This document shows positions 10,124 to 17,321 of a stretch of 17,321 bases of DNA, in pieces. Both the position numbers and the translations under genes were made by a program. The DNA is taken from the NCBI GenBank assembly GCA_965662175.1, contig CBFIGT010000007.1, positions 27,935 through 45,255 of the forward strand, in the 5' to 3' direction. Position 1 is the first letter of the stretch. The number at the start of each line of letters is the position of its first letter. This DNA comes from Arcobacter sp. (GTDB lineage: Bacteria > Campylobacterota > Campylobacteria > Campylobacterales > Arcobacteraceae). The notes under the pieces are model-generated. The model did not search any database. It saw only the letters and a program-made list of their open reading frames with translations, and was not told the DNA's origin.

Positions 10124-11053
10124 ATGAAAAAAGTTGCTTTTATATTTCCAGGTCAAGGAAGCCAAAAAATTGGTATGGGAAAAGATTTTTTTGAGAACAG
10201 TGATATTGCAAAAGAGATGATAAGTAAGGCTAGTGATAGATTAGGAATCAATTTCGAAGAGCTTCTTTTTGAAGAAAATAATAAAATTGGACAAACTGAA
10301 TTCACTCAACCTGCAATTTTATTAGTTTCATCAATTGCTTATGAAATTTTTAAAAGTAAATGTGATATTAAACCTGAATTTTTATTAGGTCACTCTTTAG
10401 GTGAGTTTTCAGCATTAGTAGCAGCAGGTGCAATTGATTATTTAGATGCAATTGAATTAGTTCATAGAAGAGGTTTATTTATGAATGATGCTTGTTCAGG
10501 TGGTGGTGCTGGAATGATGGCATTAGTAGGATTAGATGACTCTAAAGTTGAATTAATTTGTAGTGAGCAAAGAGCATTAGGAAAGCAAATTTGGCCTGCA
10601 AATTATAATATGGATGGACAATTAGTACTTGCAGGTATTAAATCTGATTTAGAATCATTAGTTGATACATTTACACAAGCAGGGGCAAAAAGAGCAATTG
10701 TTTTAGATATGAGTGTTGCTAGTCATTGTGAATTACTAACAAGTGCTGTTGAAAATTTAAGACCATATTTAGAAGAGTATATAAAAGATGAATTTTTACC
10801 AATTGTTTCTAATGTATCAACAGAACTTTACACTACAAAAGAGGATGCAATTGAGTTATTAGCTTCTCAACTTACAAGTCCTGTAAAATATAAACAATCA
10901 ATTAGTGCCCATGCAAAAGATGTTGATCTATTTATTGAGTTTGGTAATGGTGTTGTTTTAAAAGGTTTAAATAGAAAAATTGTAAAAGTACCAACATTAA
11001 ATGTACAAGATATGGCATCATTAGAAAAAGTTATTGGAGAAATTAATGAATAA
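10124..11053 (+). CDS. fabD: Malonyl-CoA:ACP transacylase
   Basis: 309 aa; FPGQGSQ, TQPAI, catalytic GHSLGE, ANYN and VASH motifs; SD AAGGA. Confidence 0.97.
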   Translation: MKKVAFIFPGQGSQKIGMGKDFFENSDIAKEMISKASDRLGINFEELLFEENNKIGQTEFTQPAILLVSSIAYEIFKSKCDIKPEFLLGHSLGEFSALVAAGAIDYLDAIELVHRRGLFMNDACSGGGAGMMALVGLDDSKVELICSEQRALGKQIWPANYNMDGQLVLAGIKSDLESLVDTFTQAGAKRAIVLDMSVASHCELLTSAVENLRPYLEEYIKDEFLPIVSNVSTELYTTKEDAIELLASQLTSPVKYKQSISAHAKDVDLFIEFGNGVVLKGLNRKIVKVPTLNVQDMASLEKVIGEINE

Positions 11054-11741
11054 ATTAGCAATTATGGGAGCAATGGAAGAGGAAATTGAACCTCTTTTAG
11101 CTCATTTTGAAAATGTAAATGTTGTAGAGTTTGCAAATAATAAGTATTATGAAGTATCATATAATGGCTTAGATATAGTTATTGCTTATTCAAAAATCGG
11201 AAAAGTATTTGCAAGTTTAACTGCAACTACTATGATTGAAAAATTTGGCTGTGATACTTTGTTATTTTCAGGTGTTGCAGGTGGTATCAATCCAAAACTA
11301 AATATTGGTGATTTAATTATTGCTGACAAACTTTGTCAACATGATTTAGATATTACAGCTTTTGGTCATCCTCATGGATTTGTTCCAGGTGGTAATGTAT
11401 TTGTTGAATCTTCAAGTAAATTAAATGAGATTGCAAAAAAAGTAGCACTAGATAATGGTTTAAAAGTTATTGAGGGAACAATTGCAACGGGTGATCAATT
11501 TGTTCATTCTGTTGAACGAAAAAGCTTTATAGAAACAACATTTAAAGCTGATGCTTTAGAGATGGAAGGTGCAAGTGTTGCTGTTGTTTGTGATGCTTTA
11601 AATGTACCTTTTTTTATTTTAAGAGCTATATCTGATACAGCTGATATGGATGCAGGTTTTGATTTTGATGAGTTTTTAAAATCTAGCGCAAAAAATTCTG
11701 CTGATTATTTAATAAAAATAGTTGATGAACTTATAAAATAA
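11046..11741 (+). CDS. mtnN: 5'-methylthioadenosine/S-adenosylhomocysteine nucleosidase (MTAN/Pfs); homologs in Helicobacter and Campylobacter also act on aminofutalosine
   Basis: Start moved from TTG 11034 to ATG 11046 (SD GGAG upstream; 8-nt overlap with fabD). MGAMEEE, SKIGKV, FSGVAGG, TGDQF, LEMEGASVA and RAISD motifs. Confidence 0.95.
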   Translation: MNKLAIMGAMEEEIEPLLAHFENVNVVEFANNKYYEVSYNGLDIVIAYSKIGKVFASLTATTMIEKFGCDTLLFSGVAGGINPKLNIGDLIIADKLCQHDLDITAFGHPHGFVPGGNVFVESSSKLNEIAKKVALDNGLKVIEGTIATGDQFVHSVERKSFIETTFKADALEMEGASVAVVCDALNVPFFILRAISDTADMDAGFDFDEFLKSSAKNSADYLIKIVDELIK

Positions 11742-11761
11742 GAGATTTTCTCTTATTTTAT
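11733..11761. terminator. Probable bidirectional terminator between the convergent mtnN and regulator genes
   Basis: Perfect 13-bp inverted repeat ATAAAATAAGAGA (11733-11745), loop TTT, TCTCTTATTTTAT (11749-11761). It contains both stop codons. The stem is AT-rich, so stability is modest. Confidence 0.65.
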
Positions 11762-12453
11762 TCTTCTAAATTTATGGAGTATCCAACTCCAAAATTATTC
11801 ACAATTGAGTGTTTACCAATTTTATTTCTAAGTCTTAGAAATAATGATTTAAAAGCAGAATCACTTACAGTCTCATTTTCCCAAATATGTATCTCAATAT
11901 CCTCTTTTGTTACTGTTTTATCTTTATTTGAAATAAGTAATTCTATAAGTTTTATTTCATTTTTTGTTAAAGGTATTTTTTTCTTATTATCTTGAAGTGT
12001 TTTATCTAAAAAAGAGTATGAAATTGTTTTTGTTATATTTACTGTTATATTACCATCATTAAAAATCTTTTTTGCAACATTATTAAGAGTAAATATTAAA
12101 TCATTTGCATTAATAGGCTTTACTAAATAATCAACTAAATTTAATCTAATAGCTTGAAAAAGGTTTTTTTCATCTTTATTATAGCTAATGATTACTATTG
12201 GTAAATAGTAGTCTTGTTCTCTAATATATTTGATTAAATTAAAGCCACTATTATCTGATAATTCAATTTCTGTAATTATTGCATTAATTTTAAATTTATT
12301 ATAATTCTCTATTGCCTCTTTATATGAATTACAAATTATAACTTTTCGGAAGAATAATTTTAATATATTTAAGGTTTTAGAGTTGTTCTCTTGGCTATTA
12401 TCAACATACATAACAGTTGAAATTTTTAAAACTTGTTTTAAAGAAGCTGACAT
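11758..12453 (-). CDS. OmpR/PhoB-family DNA-binding response regulator with an atypical (pseudo-)receiver domain
   Basis: Receiver-fold motifs (VMYVDNS, IITEIEL, PIVIIS, DYLVKP) plus winged-helix domain (LTKNE...IW...LRLRNKI...GVGY). ATG 12453 preferred (AAGAG upstream; 231 aa); the alternative in-frame ATG 12486 has no SD. Confidence 0.9.
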   Translation of the reverse strand: MSASLKQVLKISTVMYVDNSQENNSKTLNILKLFFRKVIICNSYKEAIENYNKFKINAIITEIELSDNSGFNLIKYIREQDYYLPIVIISYNKDEKNLFQAIRLNLVDYLVKPINANDLIFTLNNVAKKIFNDGNITVNITKTISYSFLDKTLQDNKKKIPLTKNEIKLIELLISNKDKTVTKEDIEIHIWENETVSDSAFKSLFLRLRNKIGKHSIVNNFGVGYSINLEE

Positions 12454-12532
12454 TTTAACTCTTTTAATTGAACTATTAATAATCATATAAAGTATTTTTA
12501 AACTTTATTATGTTAATGTTTTGAATAATTTT

Positions 12533-12541
12533 ATTATAACA
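12533..12541 (-). promoter_or_regulatory. Extended -10 promoter element (TGnTATAAT) for the response regulator
   Basis: + strand ATTATAACA reads TGTTATAAT on the - strand, an exact extended -10 consensus pointing toward the regulator gene. Confidence 0.65.
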
Positions 12542-12628
12542 ATAGTTATTTTAAAAAGTTATTAGAAAGTGTCGTTCTTGAATAAGTTGTCGCAATAAAT
12601 TCAAATAATAAGTTAAAAGGTAACATTT

Positions 12629-13972
12629 ATGAAAAAAATAATTAAGTTAAGCATTCCCACTTTACTTCTGTTGGCTTGTACTTCACAAGCAATGTCTCTT
12701 AAAGATGTAGTAAAAGAGACAATAAATAATAATACTGAGATTAACTCAAGTGTTATAAATAATCAAGCAACTAAGCTCTATATTGATGAAGCAGTTGGTG
12801 GATATTATCCAAAAGTAGATTTAACAGCGAATATATCAAAGAAAAAAACTAAGACTGATAGTACTTCATATACAGAAAATGGTTCTAATATTCAGTTTGA
12901 TGTTGAACAATTAATATATGATGGTGGACTTACAATTGGTAAAATTGGTGAAGCAAAACACAGATATTTATCTAACAATTATGCAAACTCAAATAAAAAA
13001 GAGTTGTTATTACTTGATTCTATAAAAGCATATTTAAGTTTGGTACAAAGTAATAGAAAAATTGCTTTAACAAAAGACAATTTAAATATATATGAGTCAT
13101 ATTTAAAAATAGCACTTGATAATGAAGCAATAAATGGTGAAGCTTTAGATAAATTCCAAGCAAGTGCAAAATATCAATTTGCAAAAGATAAACTACTTGT
13201 TGAAGAGAACAATAATAAAAGTGTTACAAGTAGATTTGAAAAACTAGTGGGAACTAAACCTAATGGTTTTGTTTGTTCACCAAATATTGATGCAATGACA
13301 CTACCTGCAAGTGCTGCTGTTGCTGTAAGAACTGCTGTAAAACAGAATTTTTCAGTATTAGAGCAAATTGAAAATATAAATGAACAAAGAATGGTTTTAA
13401 ATCAATCTGATGCTGCAAATTTACCAACATTAAAATTTAAGCTTCAAAGTATAAATGATGAAGATTTAATTACAAGGGATACAAGTACAGATTATTATAC
13501 AGCAAAAGTAGAGTTGACATATAATTTATTTAATGGTGGAAGTGATAAAGCAACTTCACAAAGAGAAAAACTATTTTTACTTGAATCTCAAAAAGTTTTA
13601 GATACTGTTTCTAATGATATTACTAGTAAAATTTCAATTTCTTATAATACATTCATGACAGCTCAAGAGAGAGTTAAGATTTTAGAAAAGTATATTTTAG
13701 ATAACAAAGAGATTTTAGCTATTTATAAAGACCAGTTCCAAGCAGGAACTAGATCATTTATTGATGTTTTAAATGTTGAGGGAGATTTATATAATTCTAA
13801 AATTTCATTAACAGATGCAAAATATCAACTTTATAATGCTTATTTTGAAGTATTTGCATATTTATCAAAATTAGAAGAACAAGTTTTAAGTTCAGCTGAT
13901 CAAGTATGTACTGAAATGAAAATTGATAAATCATTTGTAAAAGAAGAAGAGATAAAATTAGAAAAATTGTAG
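12629..13972 (+). CDS. TolC-family outer membrane channel of a type I secretion system (LapE/AggA-like)
   Basis: 447 aa; signal peptide; MSLKDVVKETI start of the mature protein; YYPKVDL, QLIYDGG, YNLFNGG and QFQAGTRSFIDVLNVE outer membrane efflux repeats; upstream of ABC and HlyD genes; SD AAGG. Confidence 0.92.
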   Translation: MKKIIKLSIPTLLLLACTSQAMSLKDVVKETINNNTEINSSVINNQATKLYIDEAVGGYYPKVDLTANISKKKTKTDSTSYTENGSNIQFDVEQLIYDGGLTIGKIGEAKHRYLSNNYANSNKKELLLLDSIKAYLSLVQSNRKIALTKDNLNIYESYLKIALDNEAINGEALDKFQASAKYQFAKDKLLVEENNNKSVTSRFEKLVGTKPNGFVCSPNIDAMTLPASAAVAVRTAVKQNFSVLEQIENINEQRMVLNQSDAANLPTLKFKLQSINDEDLITRDTSTDYYTAKVELTYNLFNGGSDKATSQREKLFLLESQKVLDTVSNDITSKISISYNTFMTAQERVKILEKYILDNKEILAIYKDQFQAGTRSFIDVLNVEGDLYNSKISLTDAKYQLYNAYFEVFAYLSKLEEQVLSSADQVCTEMKIDKSFVKEEEIKLEKL

Positions 13973-13988
13973 TATTTAGGATTATTAT

Positions 13989-16151
13989 TTGAATAACATA
14001 GAGAATGATTTTAATAAAATCGTCGAAATAAGGGAAGTTGATACTCTTTTAGAGTCTCTACTTTTCCTAACAAAGTATCATAAAAGACCATCATCTGCTG
14101 AGTCACTACTAGCAGGTTTGGCTGTTCATAATTCAGTTATGACTCCGCAAATGTTTAAAAAATCAGCTAAAAGTTTAGGCTTAATTGTAAAAGCAGTTAA
14201 TTGTCCCATAGAAAACTTATCAAATCTAGCACTACCTGCTGTTGCACTCTTTGACACAAATAAAGCTTGTGTTGTTTTAAATATAGATCTTAATAAGAAT
14301 GAAGTTTTAATAATTGATCCAATGGTTAGTTTAGGTGAGATTACAATATCAATAGAAGAGTTTAATAAATCTTTTAAAGGACATTTGTTAATAATAAAAC
14401 CTGCATACAACTTTGAAAATAGAGTTCAGCAAGATGTTATTATAGAAGAGCCGAAACGTTGGTTTTGGCGTACAATGAAAAAAAATATACATATTTATAA
14501 ACTAGTTATCTTAGCGGCAATACTAATTAACCTTTTTGTTATTGCAATTCCTTTATTTACTATGAATGTTTATGACAGAGTACTACCTAATAAAGCTGTT
14601 GATACTTTATGGGTACTATTTATTGGTATTTCCTTTGTTCTAATATTTGATTTAATTTTAAAACTTTTAAGAGCTTATTTTATAGAACAAGCTGGAAAAA
14701 GAGCTGATATAAGAATGTCTAGTAAAATATTTGATCAGCTTTTAAACATAAAGTTAGATTCAAAACCATCTTCAACTGGACTTTTTGTAAGTAGACTTCA
14801 ATCATTTGAAAGTGTAAGAGAGTTTTTTACAACAGCAACTATAACAGCACTTGTAGATTTACCTTTTGTACTATTTTTTGTATTTATTATATTCTATATT
14901 GCAGGACCATTAGGATATGTATCTTTAGCAACAATAATAATCTCTTTGCTTTTTTCATGGTTTATGCAAAAACCTATAAAAGAGACAATTGAAAAATCAG
15001 CAAAAGAGGATCAAATAAAACAAACAACTCTTACTGAGACAGTTACAGGTTTGGAGATTATTAAAAGTGTAAGAGCTCAAAATAGAATGAGAACTCACTG
15101 GGAAAGAGCAATAAGTCAAACTTCATATTATAGTAATAAATCACACTATTTATCACAAATTGTTACCTATGTTGTAGGATTTATTTCTCAATTTTCTTCA
15201 ATATTAATTGTGGCATTTGGTGTATTATTAGCAAATGAGGGTGAAATAACAATGGGTGCTATTATTGCAGCAATGATTTTAAATGGACGTGTTGTTGGAC
15301 CTGTTTCTCAAATTGTTGGTATGATAATCAGGCTTGATAGAACAATGTTAAGTTTAAATAATATTGATGAGATTATGAATATGCCTGTTGAAAGAGTTGC
15401 TAATAAAAAATATTTAAGTCGTCCTAATTTAGATGGAGATATAGTTTATAAAGATGTTAATTTTTCATATAAAGAACAAAATTTTTCTGTTTTAAAAGAT
15501 GTAAATATTAGGATAAAAAAAGGAGAAAAAGTTGGAATTATCGGAAAAATAGGTTCAGGTAAGTCAACTTTAGCAAAACTTTTGATGAATTTATATGAGC
15601 CAACAAATGGTTCAATTTTAATTGATAACACAGAAATTAGACAAATTGACCCAGTTGATTTAAGACGTTCTATAGGTTATGTTCCCCAAGAGCCATTTTT
15701 ATTTATGGGAACAATTAAAGATAATATAACAATAGGTGAACAATACGCAAGTGATGAAGAGATATTAAGAGCATCTCAAATAGCAGGTGTTCATAGGTTT
15801 TTAGGAAAACATGAAGCTGGATATGATTTAATAGTAGGAGAGAGAGGAGAGGGCTTATCAGGTGGTGAAAAGCAATCTGTAACTTTAGCTCGTGCAATAT
15901 TATCAAATCCTAATATTTTAGTTTTAGATGAACCTACAAACTCTATGGATGATTTAACAGAACAACAATTTAAGAATAATTTAAAAACCGTTATATCTGA
16001 TAAAACTGTTATAATAGTTACACATAAGCCATCAATTTTATCTTTAGTTGATAGATTGATTGTAGTTGATGAGGGTAAAATTGTTGCTGATGGACCTAAA
16101 GAAAAAATCATTTCAGCTTTTGGAAAAAAAGTAAATGAGAAAAACAGATGA
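13989..16151 (+). CDS. Type I secretion ABC transporter permease/ATPase, LapB/LssB-like, with N-terminal C39-like domain
   Basis: 720 aa; TTG start with SD AGGA (13978-13981); PLFTMNVYDRVLP, Walker A GKIGSGKST, Q-loop YVPQ, signature LSGGEKQ, Walker B ILVLDEPT, H-loop VTHK. Confidence 0.93.
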   Translation: MNNIENDFNKIVEIREVDTLLESLLFLTKYHKRPSSAESLLAGLAVHNSVMTPQMFKKSAKSLGLIVKAVNCPIENLSNLALPAVALFDTNKACVVLNIDLNKNEVLIIDPMVSLGEITISIEEFNKSFKGHLLIIKPAYNFENRVQQDVIIEEPKRWFWRTMKKNIHIYKLVILAAILINLFVIAIPLFTMNVYDRVLPNKAVDTLWVLFIGISFVLIFDLILKLLRAYFIEQAGKRADIRMSSKIFDQLLNIKLDSKPSSTGLFVSRLQSFESVREFFTTATITALVDLPFVLFFVFIIFYIAGPLGYVSLATIIISLLFSWFMQKPIKETIEKSAKEDQIKQTTLTETVTGLEIIKSVRAQNRMRTHWERAISQTSYYSNKSHYLSQIVTYVVGFISQFSSILIVAFGVLLANEGEITMGAIIAAMILNGRVVGPVSQIVGMIIRLDRTMLSLNNIDEIMNMPVERVANKKYLSRPNLDGDIVYKDVNFSYKEQNFSVLKDVNIRIKKGEKVGIIGKIGSGKSTLAKLLMNLYEPTNGSILIDNTEIRQIDPVDLRRSIGYVPQEPFLFMGTIKDNITIGEQYASDEEILRASQIAGVHRFLGKHEAGYDLIVGERGEGLSGGEKQSVTLARAILSNPNILVLDEPTNSMDDLTEQQFKNNLKTVISDKTVIIVTHKPSILSLVDRLIVVDEGKIVADGPKEKIISAFGKKVNEKNR

Positions 16152-17321
16152 TAAATAGTGAAGAAAAAAGTAAGTTATCAAAAGTAAAAAGTGGTTTTGA
16201 TAAAATCAATGATAATGAAAAAGTAAAAAAAGTAAAAGATGACGTTAATAAATTAAGAGAACGTTTTAGTGATGATTCTGATATTAATGTTTATGATGAA
16301 AATGTGAATTTTGTAAATACTTTACACTCACAAGTACATGCAACAATAGGAAAAAAAGAGAAACTTTTATTTGGAGCTATCTCTTTATTTTTTCTAATAG
16401 CAATAATTTGGGCTTCAATATCAGAAATAGATGAGTTAGCAAGAGGTGAGGGTAAGGTAATTCCATCTGAAAAAATCCAAACAATACAGAGTTTAGATGG
16501 TGGAAGTATTTCAGAGATTTTAGTAAATGAGGGTGATATTATTAAAAAAAATCAGCCATTAATGAAGATTGATACAACAAGGTTTCAAGCATCATTAAAA
16601 GAAAATCAACAAACTTATGCCCATTTACTTATAACAAAAACTAGATTAGAAGCAGAATCAAAAATAGAATTAGACAAAGCTTTACCTGTTTTAGAATATC
16701 CAAAAGAGCTTTTAGAACAAGCTAGAAACTTTGCAGAAAATGACCAAAGATTATTTAAATCTAGAATTGATGAGCTACAAAGTACAACTAGAATTTATGA
16801 TGTTCAGTTAAAACAAAAAGAGCAAGAACTTTTAGAATTAATTAATAAAATGAAACAACTTGAAAAAAGTTTTGCACTTGTTAAAGAAGAGAAAAGCACT
16901 ATAGAACAATTAGTTAGTAGAAAAGCTAAATCAAAAGTTGACTTACTTAATATAAGAAAAGAGTACACACAAATTGAGAGTGATTTACAAGCAACTCAAT
17001 TATCAATTCCAAGATTAAAGTATGCAATTCAAGAGGCAAGTTCAAGAGTTGACGAAAAACTAAAGATGTTTAAATCAGAGGTATCAAATGAACTTCAAAA
17101 AGTTAATACAGAAATTAAACAGTATGAGTCAAAAATAGTTTCAGAAAAAGATAAATTAGATAAAACAATTTTAACCTCACCTGTAAATGGTATTATAAAA
17201 CAAATAAATGTTAATACAGTAGGTGGAGTAGTTAGAACAGGTCAAGATTTAATTGAAATTGTTCCTCAAAGTGAAGTATTACTAGTTGAAGCAAAATTTG
17301 ATCCAAAAGATATAGCTTTTA
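16148..17321 (+). CDS. HlyD-family type I secretion periplasmic adaptor (LapC-like), 3' end beyond the window
   Basis: Not in the ORF track because it has no stop in the window. ATG 16148 overlaps the ABC gene stop (ATGA). Manual translation is open for 391 codons: TM segment LLFGAISLFFLIAIIWA, EIDELARGEGKVIPS, IQSLDGG, coiled-coil, SPVNGII, GGVVRTGQDLIEIVP, DPKDIAF. Confidence 0.93.
   Translation, partial: MINSEEKSKLSKVKSGFDKINDNEKVKKVKDDVNKLRERFSDDSDINVYDENVNFVNTLHSQVHATIGKKEKLLFGAISLFFLIAIIWASISEIDELARGEGKVIPSEKIQTIQSLDGGSISEILVNEGDIIKKNQPLMKIDTTRFQASLKENQQTYAHLLITKTRLEAESKIELDKALPVLEYPKELLEQARNFAENDQRLFKSRIDELQSTTRIYDVQLKQKEQELLELINKMKQLEKSFALVKEEKSTIEQLVSRKAKSKVDLLNIRKEYTQIESDLQATQLSIPRLKYAIQEASSRVDEKLKMFKSEVSNELQKVNTEIKQYESKIVSEKDKLDKTILTSPVNGIIKQINVNTVGGVVRTGQDLIEIVPQSEVLLVEAKFDPKDIAF

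Noticed and set aside
11034..11045. TTG start for mtnN given in the ORF track
   Set aside because: This stretch contains the SD (GGAG) for ATG 11046, which gives a family-typical N-terminus.
8235..11995. Short ORFs 8235-8522, 8722-9024, 9854-10063, 10867-11061 and 11774-11995
   Set aside because: All overlap well-supported genes in another frame or strand. 9854-10063 also runs through the slyD terminator. Their hydrophobic look reflects AT-rich antisense or off-frame codons.
14126..16111. Antisense ORFs inside the ABC transporter gene (14126-14410, 15446-15631, 15715-15906, 15791-16111)
   Set aside because: Shadow ORFs of the ABC gene with no independent evidence of expression.
11758..17321. 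Regulator-T1SS region as a mobile element or genomic island
   Set aside because: No integrase, transposase, tRNA or flanking direct repeats in view, and base composition is not obviously different from the tol genes by eye.

Overview
AT-rich chromosomal window from a Campylobacterota (epsilonproteobacterial) bacterium, most likely Arcobacteraceae; the taxon is inferred from gene order and protein style, not from a database search. Bases 1-11741 are a + strand housekeeping block: 3' end of atpF, atpH-atpA-atpG-atpD-atpC, a Tol-Pal cluster (tolQ/exbB, tolR/exbD, tolA-like, tolB, pal, cpoB-like), slyD, a strong terminator, then fabD-mtnN. Bases 11758-17321 look more accessory. A - strand OmpR/PhoB-type regulator with a degenerate receiver (Glu at the phosphoacceptor position, Asn in the acidic pocket) is transcribed divergently from a Lap/LssB-type type I secretion operon: TolC-family outer membrane protein, ABC transporter with a C39-like domain, and an HlyD-family adaptor that is absent from the ORF track and runs off the window end. 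No rRNA, tRNA, CRISPR array or mobile element was seen. The best candidate for something new is the pseudo-receiver regulator paired with the T1SS; the secreted substrate is not in the window.
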